Positions 6,673 to 14,665 of a stretch of 18,422 nucleotides of DNA are shown in pieces. The stretch comes from Candidatus Woesearchaeota archaeon (GTDB lineage Archaea > Nanobdellota > Nanobdellia > Pacearchaeales > GW2011-AR1). A program made the position numbers and the translations under genes. Each line of letters opens with the position of its first letter. Position 1 is the first letter of the stretch. Location: the NCBI GenBank assembly GCA_964514585.1, contig CAZETU010000001.1, forward strand, positions 1 through 18,422, read 5' to 3'. The notes beneath the pieces were generated by a model. It made no database searches and had not been told where the DNA came from. It saw nothing but the letters and a program-made list of their open reading frames with translations.

Positions 6673-7602
6673 ATGGCCGGTGCTAAAAAATGCCCAGAGT
6701 GTAACAGTTCTAAACTAATCTACGACGAAACAAGAGGGGAGGTAATCTGCGGATCGTGTGGACTTCTTGTAGAGGAAAGTATGGTCGACACCTCACAAGA
6801 ACTAAGATCCTTCGACAAATCAGAGAAAAAATCCCGAGGAGGAGCCCCAATTTCTTTACAAAAATTCGATAAAGGATTAACAACCAATGTCGGTGAAATC
6901 TCAGATATCTATAAATTAGACTCAACTCAACAAACAAGAAAATACCTAAGATTAAAAAAATGGCAAGAAAGAGTCTCAACTTCTATCGAAAGAAACTTAA
7001 GACTAGCAATGTCAGAGCTTAGAAGAGTAGCTTCATTCCTAGATTTACCATCAGTTGTTAGAGATGAATCCGCAAGAATCTACAACTTCGTTCTACAAAG
7101 AGGATTAGTCCGAGGTCGTTCAATGGAATCCGTAATCGCAGCATGTATCTACGCAGCCTGTCGTTCATACAATATCCCAAGAACACTAGATGAAATTTCA
7201 AATGCTTCAGAAGTCGAAAGAAAAGAAATCGGAAGAACATACCGATTCATAATCAGAAAAATCGGGCTAAAGGTAACGCCCTCATCTCCAAAAGACTACA
7301 TCTCAAGATTCTCTTCGACTTTGCACTTGTCACCAGCAGCCCAAAACGAAGCCCTAAAAATCCTACAAAAAGCTGAAATCTCAGAGCTAACATCAGGCCG
7401 AGGACCAGCAGGAATCGCAGCAGCAGCACTTTATGTAGCAGCCTTAATTAACGACGAGAAAAAAACCCAAAGAGAAGTTGCAGACGTCGCTGGAATAACA
7501 GAAGTTACAATCAGAAACCGATACAAAGAACTCCTTGAAAGACTAGACCTCGAGGACAAAATGAAAATCAAAGAAAACGAAAGAAAGAAATCCAAAGAAT
7601 AA
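6673..7602 (+). CDS. tfb: Transcription initiation factor IIB (TFB)
   Basis: Zn ribbon CPEC...CGSC, DKGLTT, RLKKWQ, ERNL, two cyclin repeats (GRSMESVIAACIYAACR; GRGPAGIAAAALY) and C-terminal HTH QREVADVAGITEVTIRNRYKEL. Confidence 0.98.
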   Translation: MAGAKKCPECNSSKLIYDETRGEVICGSCGLLVEESMVDTSQELRSFDKSEKKSRGGAPISLQKFDKGLTTNVGEISDIYKLDSTQQTRKYLRLKKWQERVSTSIERNLRLAMSELRRVASFLDLPSVVRDESARIYNFVLQRGLVRGRSMESVIAACIYAACRSYNIPRTLDEISNASEVERKEIGRTYRFIIRKIGLKVTPSSPKDYISRFSSTLHLSPAAQNEALKILQKAEISELTSGRGPAGIAAAALYVAALINDEKKTQREVADVAGITEVTIRNRYKELLERLDLEDKMKIKENERKKSKE

Positions 7603-7616
7603 TTCTACTCCAAATC

Positions 7617-7624
7617 TTTTTATA
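7617..7624 (+). promoter_or_regulatory. Putative TATA box for tRNA-Leu (the T-run may double as the tfb terminator)
   Basis: TTTTTATA 29-36 nt upstream of the mature tRNA 5' end and 15 nt downstream of the tfb stop. Confidence 0.5.
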
Positions 7625-7652
7625 CTCAATTCTTGTAAGCCTATTATCCCAT

Positions 7653-7735
7653 GAGGGAATGCCGGAGCGGTCAAACGGGCCAGGTTTAGGACCTGGTAGC
7701 TTATGCTTACGGGGGTTCGAATCCTCCTTCCCTCA
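7653..7735 (+). tRNA. tRNA-Leu (anticodon TAG), intronless, CCA not encoded
   Basis: Acceptor stem GAGGGAA/TTCCCTC, D arm CCG-GAGCGGTCAAA-CGG, anticodon arm CCAGG-TTTAGGA-CCTGG, long variable arm, T arm GGGGG-TTCGAAT-CCTCC, discriminator A; 83 nt. Confidence 0.96.
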
Positions 7736-7927
7736 TTCGAATAACCCGTATTACGGGGATTTGCTTGCGAGCGATGGTCGCGAGTAAGCAGCAAGCTTCT
7801 CTGAAGCGCCGCCGAATCCTCCTTCCCTCATTCGAATAACCCGTATTACGGGGATTTGCTTGCGAGCGATGGTCGCGAGTAAGCAGCAAGCTTCTCTGAA
7901 GCGCCGCCGAATCCTCCTTCCCTCATT
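7718..7927 (+). repeat. tRNA-linked perfect tandem repeat, 95-bp period (2.2 copies), regenerating the tRNA-Leu 3' end
   Basis: CGAATCCTCCTTCCCTCATT starts at 7718, 7813 and 7908. The intervening units (7736-7813 and 7831-7908) are identical, 55% GC, and contain three hairpins. Confidence 0.95.
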
Positions 7928-10900
7928 TTATCTAACATAAAAACTAATCACAAAACCACTCTTTTCTATCTGACTATTGGAAAATTCAAAGGACTTCCCT
8001 TCTTCTAAATTAAAAATATAATATTGATCTATATGTCCCACCTTGACATCGCCACCAGTAGTGATAAACTCATAAACATCATACCCCCCAAGTTGCTTCT
8101 CAAAAAGATAATAATCAGACTTAGAATCACCGACATAAATAAAATACGCCTTAACATTCCCTAAACGACTATCCTCAATAAACTCGGGATCATTGACATT
8201 AACATAGGGAACCGGCTCAGACGAAACCCTATCCACCCCACCAAAATCATCACCAGAACTTTCCGAGTCCGCCTCCAGAGAACTATCAAAATTAGCATTC
8301 CCAGAATCAGGAATAATTCCACATACTTGATCAACGGCCAAAAATATTCTCTGTGCATAATAATAATCACCATCAGGCCAAGGAAGTGCCGTACGTCGAG
8401 TAGTCAAATAGCCATCAATAAATCCATAATTAAACGCCCAAAATCTTTCATCTCCCCAATGAACAACCCCAGATTCACAGAATGATTCATGAAGCATAAT
8501 GGAAAATGCATCTGCACCTATTGTCAACATCACTTTTACACCAACCTCAAAACCCTGAGCCACATCAGATGAAAAAGTCGGCGAATTAATATTCCCCCTT
8601 AATATGTTTACATACTCATCAACTATCTCTTCGGTTATTACTTCATTTTTGTCATAAGTAGGCTCTATTACTCTCGTCTGCCCTTCCAACCCCATTGCAG
8701 ATTCTTTATAGTCAGCAAAAAACTTATTCAACCTTTCCTCATCATCTTTTATAAAAAGCAAATATTTGTACATATGAACACTCGCTGCCACAGGATCGCC
8801 ATCATTCTCAAATGAATCATCATAATCTAACCAAGTTCTTTCCCTAAAGAATTTCCCCGGATTTACTCCCGGATCAGGACCAAAATAATAATCTTCACTC
8901 CAATACCAAGGAATTGTTTCATCATTATACCTAAATTCTTTCGGACTTGCTGAGCTACTCAATAATATTTCATTAATCCTATAATCCTGAACCTGTTGAG
9001 CGCCCCCAACCTCCAAAATAAGAACATAATCATGGGGGTTTCTCTCACCTCCATGATATCTATCATCTTCAGGGAAAAGTTTACTTTCATCCTCACGAAC
9101 ACTTAAAATCGATTCATCGATATTTCCCTTCACCACATCCCCCACACTTTCCAAATTCAACTCCTTCAAAAAATCATCAAAACTCAAAGTCTTAAAATCA
9201 TTAGTATCATAACTAACCAACTTATTATTTTTATAATAAACAATAACAGAAGTTACTGTACTCGTCTTACCATTATTATCCTCCTTAACCTCCTTATATA
9301 ACGACTTCAGACCCTGCTCAAAATCATTACTCTTCATGTCAACAAGAATCTGTCTATTCATGGGATTCATTTTAGAAACATAACTCGGATCCAAACTTTT
9401 CACATTTTTATAACTATTAATCTTCTGCCAAGAAACCTGCCACTTATCACCAAAAAACTTGTAATACCTATTATATTTATCCTCATTCAAAACATTCCAA
9501 GCAATCAAGCCATCACCAAACTCAAAAATAAATTTCTCGACATTCCTCTTTTCATCACTAACAGAACTTGCCGAAATATCATCCACATCATCACCAGACG
9601 CAGTAACGTCAATCCCACTATAAGAACAAAACCCATAATTACAAACACCACCTTCCTCTTTAACACAATTACTATCCTTCGTACAACTTTTCAAATCACT
9701 ATCATCACTCTCAACCATACATTTCCCATCGGGTTTGCAAATTCCACTATCACATTCCTCATCAACATCACAATCCTTCTCCACCTCAACCACCGTAGCC
9801 ACCTCTTCAGCCTCAGGCGTCGCAGTTTTCTTCATCTCATAAACAATTGCCCGATAAACCGAAGCCTTCAATGCCAGAGCCTCAGCCCTATCAGCATTAG
9901 TCCCAGAACCAGGCGCAGCATCGGTCCCAATAATAGAATCCAACTTCTCAATAACATCATCGATATTTTTCCCAGTCCCCGCTTTCAATTCATCCGTCTT
10001 CAAAGCATTAATCTTATCACGAACCAAATCTAAAGTCTTCTGCGTCTGTTCGTAACTCATCTGCGCATTCTCAATCAACCCCCTCTTCTCTTCCAAAATA
10101 GAAACCGAATCACCCTCAACAGCCTCGACCATACTCAAATCATTCTCAACACTCTCAGTATCCAACCAACACCGAGTACTAATCTCACCACAATAACCAA
10201 CATCCTTCCACCTGCCATACTCCTTCTGTCTGTTCCCTTCAGTATCCTCACAATAACCAGTATCAACACTACAATGATATCCACTTGCACAAGTCCCCAA
10301 GCCATCAGCACAATAAACCTCAGCCTCACTATTCACACCAGCACCAGGATTCGCACTCGCACAAATTCTAACAATTCCCCTAAGTGCAATCTCAGGACTA
10401 GCAATCTCCTCAGCCCCAGCCTGCACATTCAAATTAACCATTGACAAAGCCGAGGGACTCCCAGAAATACATTCTTTCTCCGTTTTAATATCCGACTCCT
10501 CAGCCTGCTCCTGAGTAAACTTAGCCTGAACATAATTCAAACCAAAATCAGTAGTCACCTGCTTAAACCCACAATCCTCCTTCGCATCAGTCACAACACA
10601 AAGTTCTTTGTAACCAGAAGGCGCCGTAAAATCAACAGTCTCATCAGCCGCGCCACCCTTAGGAATATACCCAGTCTGAACCATCACGCTAGGATTAGAC
10701 CTATAATAACTAGTCTCCGGCGGATTCTTCAAATAAACCTTATACTGAACACCCTTATCATTCCCAGCATAAATATGATAATAAACTTTATATTGCGAAG
10801 TCGAAGGAACTGTAGCCTCGGTAAAAAGCGTCTCACTAAACTGAGCATAAAACTGCGTCGGACTCTCAGGTTCTAACAAACTATCAATCGCATCAGCAGA

Positions 10901-13900
10901 AGTCGGCAAACTCGTCCCAATAAACGATTTACAAAACGTGCTTCCAATCTCCTCAGTATTCCTCAAATTAAAAGCCTTAAACGCATTCGGCGCATAAATC
11001 GTTTGAAAATAATCTATATTTTTCTGCAAAGTATTCCAAGACTGCTCAACCATCAAATACTCGCCGCCGCCTCGAACTCTTTCTCCAGGAGACATAACAC
11101 TCGAAATCAAACTCGGAATCAACTGATCCATCACCGGCGACAACTGCCTCCAGAAAAACTCACACTTGTAAACCGAAGTAATCTCGTCACAAATCCCAAC
11201 ATGCTCACCCGTCTCCAAACTAGTCTCCAAACAATCTCTCTCCGACTTCAAAATCGAAACAAAAGAATCAAGCCCAGCATGAATCCCACTCAAACAGATA
11301 GGAACCGCAATCCCCTCAGCGGCATTAGGAAGACACAAGATAAGACTTCCAATAATCCCCGTCTGTATAACATCACTAACCGGCATCCTACCACCAAGGT
11401 CACAACGCGAAGGCGGACAAATCACAGGGTCACAAACATTAAACATCAACTTACAATCCTCAGGACTCATAAAATCCTGACATTCAAAACCACCAACCTG
11501 GCTCATCGGCTTACCTCTCTCTATGCTCTCCCCAAAAATCTTAATCACACTCTGATCACCCTGACCAGATGCCTGCCTAATCGCCTCACGACCCCTCTCA
11601 TACAAACTTTTAACTTCTGAGCTAGCCAAACCAGGACAAGGAATAAACGTATCAACAGACCCCACAGTATTAACACTAAACGACTGACACAAATCATCTC
11701 CAACCCCACTCTCCATATTTTTATTCCCCCCAATATTACAAATCTTAAAATAGCTAACGTCCGCCGAAGCTGTATACCCTTGAGGAGAACTGTCCAAAAA
11801 AGTCCCGCCACTATTAGGAACCATAGAATACCAACCCTCTTGCAAATCAAACGGTACAATCGCAGGAAGCCCCTTATTCCCTCCAGATTCATAATAACTA
11901 ACTCTAGCAGTTCCCTGCGACCACTTATTAGAACAATCACCATCAGAACCAGAACCAACAAAAACAGCATTCTTTAGTTCCTCAATAGTACCCGCCGTAG
12001 TCCAACCACCATTCACATTTTCATAAACATTCTTAACAGTCATTTTACCGTCACTAGGCACACTCAAAACAACCAGGTAATTTTTACTACCAGTAGTCTG
12101 AACAGCCTGAACCCTAGTAGCAGCCCCAACACCATCAACACTAAGCCCATACTTACTAGCCTTATCACCACCCCACTGATAATACTGAGTTTTCTTATTC
12201 GTCAAAACAGCAACAGTAGCAGGATTAGTCTTCCACTCATTCCCAACTTCATTAGCAGCCGCCTTAGCCTCATCATTTTGTTTCTTCATCCCAGCAACAT
12301 TCTTCAACATCTTGTTCAAATCCTCCTGAGCAACCTTAGCAGCTTCACCACCCTGATCCTTCAATTTTTTCACCAAAAGAGCCGCTTGCAACTGAGACTT
12401 CGTCGTCAAATCCTCAGCCGTCAAATCAACGCCATCAACTGTAGAAACGGTGCCAGTACCTAACCGAACCCGTAACTGCTCAATATACTTACTCTGGTTA
12501 GTAACACTGTCTCCTCCAAACAAACCACCACTCTGCGTATTCCCAGCCATCGCTGCATCCATCTCATCATTCACACCATTCAAGGCAGCAGTCATGGCCT
12601 CAACATCTTTCTCAATCTTGGGAGCCAAATCATTATAACACTGCGTCGAGGAGATACTACTATAATTCTGTGCACAAATTGACTTATACTTAGCCATCAC
12701 TTTCTGCCGCGCCATAGCCTCCCCACTAAACCCACTAGCCATACTCTTAACCATCAAAACAGCCGAAGTCGCAAAACACGCACCCTTCCAACCCTTAATC
12801 ACATTCCCCAACTTCTCAACTATATTCTCCCAATTATCAATCGACTCATTCAAATTCGCCAACATCCTATTCACCCTATCAGGCGACAACTCGATCGCCC
12901 TCTTCTCAATTCCAATCTTAAAAGTAAAATCGGCCTCGGTCTTCGTCCTCTTCACCTCAGGAATCAACGAAATATAAGCGACCTCATCAACCTTCACATC
13001 ACTGACATAAACATCAACTCCCTTAAAATTCTCACTCTGTCCCTCTAAAATTTCAACCGACTTCTTCTGACCTTTATCTCCAGTATCAACAAAAGTAAGC
13101 TTAACTCTCCCCGGCAAAATATCATTAATCTGAATAACCCCAACAGCTCCCAACCCAATCTCGCCAGTCTCATTCACATTATAAGAAGTCCCTCTAATCC
13201 TCAAAATAGCTTCCTTCTCACTCTCATTATTAGGCTTAAAATCGACAACGCCAATCGTATGAAACTTATTACTAACATAAACACTCGAAAAAGCACCACC
13301 AAAATTAGTCCCATTAAGCATCTGTCTCTCATATCTAATATCCTGAACAATAGCAGAAGTCGGATACTTCTCAATAAACAAATCCATCAACCTCGTCGCC
13401 GTCTTACTTTTATTCAACTGCCTAGACAAAACAATCTGCTCATAAAGCGCCTCTTCCCCGTAAGCATCCCCAATATCTTTCTTCACAAAAGGATAAGTCT
13501 CAATCAACTCATCAACGGCCTTAGTAGACTTAATGAAATTATCATCCAGCCCCGCGTCATTATAATTCTGATCTTCTATAGTCGCCTCACTTTCATTCTT
13601 CTTAGACAAACTTAAAACTATCTTGCTATTCCCTGTACAACTAATTGAAACACTCCCCTCATTATAATCACTAATCTCCAAATTTCCAACCCTACACTTA
13701 TCATTCAAAATCTTAGAACCCTCACGAACCCAAATCTCATCACCATCAACATTCAAAAGCGCTTTATTCTCAGGAGCAACAATTCCATTCAACTTCACCT
13801 TCAACCCAGCCCTACAATAATACCCAGGTAAATACATCAGGTTACTCGTCTCACCTTCTTTCAATCTCAAATTCCGAATAACCCTCTCCTTACTTCCGTC

Positions 13901-14665
13901 CAAAACCTCAACAACAGCAGTCCCATCGTCAATACTTCTAAGTCTCAAATAACCCCTACCATTCCAAAACGAAGTCTCAGCATAACTGTCATCCCATTGG
14001 TCATCACTCATCGCCGGCAAATAATATTCGGCCCTGCCCGTTCCAAAAGCCTCCTCGGCATCATAACGAATCGTCGCAGTCAAATTCCCAGCAATCCAAT
14101 CCTCCATATTATCCTCGACTTTATTCCGTTTCAAAACAATCACAACATAGCCAATATTATTAATCACAGGGTCCCCAAGCAAAGTCGTATAGGATTTGAC
14201 CGCAGCTCGAGCCGGATGAAAACTAATCCCAGAAACCCCGCTAGGATAATCCCCCTTAAAAGAAATCGATCTTATCGAAGAAACCTTAATCAGAGGGTTA
14301 ACTTTAATCGCATACAATTGACAAAAAACCGGGACACTCTGATCCTCCAACAAATCACTTCTCACAACGCCAGGAGTACATCCTCCAGGAGGAATCCCAA
14401 TAATAAAATCACTCGTCGCCTCACACTGCTCCGTATCCATCTGACTCAAAATAGGCCAATAAGTACTAACGTCCCCAGAATAAAGCCTATTAAAATTCGG
14501 CTGATATGCCTGCCAACTACTAATCGAACCAGAATATCCACTAGACACCGTCGACCCAGCAAAACCAGGAGCAGAAGCCCCAGGGAAAGGAGAACTAGAT
14601 ACCGCCAAGACCCCCGACAACATAAAAACCCCAACCAACAAAAACAAAATTATTTTCCTTCTCAT
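7928..14665 (-). CDS. Giant secreted Cys-rich protein of unknown function (2245 aa)
   Basis: Intact ORF with Sec-type signal peptide (MRRKIILFLLVGVFMLSGVLA), many Cys clusters, a coiled-coil-like segment, small Cys-knot-like modules and no C-terminal membrane anchor. The start overlaps the upstream stop (ATGA, 14665-14662). Confidence 0.9.
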   Translation of the reverse strand: MRRKIILFLLVGVFMLSGVLAVSSSPFPGASAPGFAGSTVSSGYSGSISSWQAYQPNFNRLYSGDVSTYWPILSQMDTEQCEATSDFIIGIPPGGCTPGVVRSDLLEDQSVPVFCQLYAIKVNPLIKVSSIRSISFKGDYPSGVSGISFHPARAAVKSYTTLLGDPVINNIGYVVIVLKRNKVEDNMEDWIAGNLTATIRYDAEEAFGTGRAEYYLPAMSDDQWDDSYAETSFWNGRGYLRLRSIDDGTAVVEVLDGSKERVIRNLRLKEGETSNLMYLPGYYCRAGLKVKLNGIVAPENKALLNVDGDEIWVREGSKILNDKCRVGNLEISDYNEGSVSISCTGNSKIVLSLSKKNESEATIEDQNYNDAGLDDNFIKSTKAVDELIETYPFVKKDIGDAYGEEALYEQIVLSRQLNKSKTATRLMDLFIEKYPTSAIVQDIRYERQMLNGTNFGGAFSSVYVSNKFHTIGVVDFKPNNESEKEAILRIRGTSYNVNETGEIGLGAVGVIQINDILPGRVKLTFVDTGDKGQKKSVEILEGQSENFKGVDVYVSDVKVDEVAYISLIPEVKRTKTEADFTFKIGIEKRAIELSPDRVNRMLANLNESIDNWENIVEKLGNVIKGWKGACFATSAVLMVKSMASGFSGEAMARQKVMAKYKSICAQNYSSISSTQCYNDLAPKIEKDVEAMTAALNGVNDEMDAAMAGNTQSGGLFGGDSVTNQSKYIEQLRVRLGTGTVSTVDGVDLTAEDLTTKSQLQAALLVKKLKDQGGEAAKVAQEDLNKMLKNVAGMKKQNDEAKAAANEVGNEWKTNPATVAVLTNKKTQYYQWGGDKASKYGLSVDGVGAATRVQAVQTTGSKNYLVVLSVPSDGKMTVKNVYENVNGGWTTAGTIEELKNAVFVGSGSDGDCSNKWSQGTARVSYYESGGNKGLPAIVPFDLQEGWYSMVPNSGGTFLDSSPQGYTASADVSYFKICNIGGNKNMESGVGDDLCQSFSVNTVGSVDTFIPCPGLASSEVKSLYERGREAIRQASGQGDQSVIKIFGESIERGKPMSQVGGFECQDFMSPEDCKLMFNVCDPVICPPSRCDLGGRMPVSDVIQTGIIGSLILCLPNAAEGIAVPICLSGIHAGLDSFVSILKSERDCLETSLETGEHVGICDEITSVYKCEFFWRQLSPVMDQLIPSLISSVMSPGERVRGGGEYLMVEQSWNTLQKNIDYFQTIYAPNAFKAFNLRNTEEIGSTFCKSFIGTSLPTSADAIDSLLEPESPTQFYAQFSETLFTEATVPSTSQYKVYYHIYAGNDKGVQYKVYLKNPPETSYYRSNPSVMVQTGYIPKGGAADETVDFTAPSGYKELCVVTDAKEDCGFKQVTTDFGLNYVQAKFTQEQAEESDIKTEKECISGSPSALSMVNLNVQAGAEEIASPEIALRGIVRICASANPGAGVNSEAEVYCADGLGTCASGYHCSVDTGYCEDTEGNRQKEYGRWKDVGYCGEISTRCWLDTESVENDLSMVEAVEGDSVSILEEKRGLIENAQMSYEQTQKTLDLVRDKINALKTDELKAGTGKNIDDVIEKLDSIIGTDAAPGSGTNADRAEALALKASVYRAIVYEMKKTATPEAEEVATVVEVEKDCDVDEECDSGICKPDGKCMVESDDSDLKSCTKDSNCVKEEGGVCNYGFCSYSGIDVTASGDDVDDISASSVSDEKRNVEKFIFEFGDGLIAWNVLNEDKYNRYYKFFGDKWQVSWQKINSYKNVKSLDPSYVSKMNPMNRQILVDMKSNDFEQGLKSLYKEVKEDNNGKTSTVTSVIVYYKNNKLVSYDTNDFKTLSFDDFLKELNLESVGDVVKGNIDESILSVREDESKLFPEDDRYHGGERNPHDYVLILEVGGAQQVQDYRINEILLSSSASPKEFRYNDETIPWYWSEDYYFGPDPGVNPGKFFRERTWLDYDDSFENDGDPVAASVHMYKYLLFIKDDEERLNKFFADYKESAMGLEGQTRVIEPTYDKNEVITEEIVDEYVNILRGNINSPTFSSDVAQGFEVGVKVMLTIGADAFSIMLHESFCESGVVHWGDERFWAFNYGFIDGYLTTRRTALPWPDGDYYYAQRIFLAVDQVCGIIPDSGNANFDSSLEADSESSGDDFGGVDRVSSEPVPYVNVNDPEFIEDSRLGNVKAYFIYVGDSKSDYYLFEKQLGGYDVYEFITTGGDVKVGHIDQYYIFNLEEGKSFEFSNSQIEKSGFVISFYVR

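Noticed and set aside
7543-7889. Minus-strand ORFs of 83 aa and 60 aa
   Set aside because: They are antisense to the tRNA and the tandem repeat, share identical N-termini only because of the repeat, and have no protein-like features.
7813-7925. Additional or split tRNA genes in the repeat copies
   Set aside because: Only the 3' 17-18 nt are repeated; there is no matching 5' acceptor strand, D arm or anticodon arm, and no clear bulge-helix-bulge or complementary leader as expected for split tRNAs.
7718-7927. CRISPR array interpretation of the 20-bp repeats
   Set aside because: The repeat is the tRNA 3' end, the two would-be spacers are identical and 75 bp long, and no cas genes are nearby.
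8340-8510. Possible lytic transglycosylase (SLT) signature MLHES...AFNYG...YAQRI in the giant protein
   Set aside because: The ES and FNYG motifs are only about 17 residues apart, far closer than in SLT domains, and the GLMQ-type motif is absent. A structure search would be needed to revive the idea.
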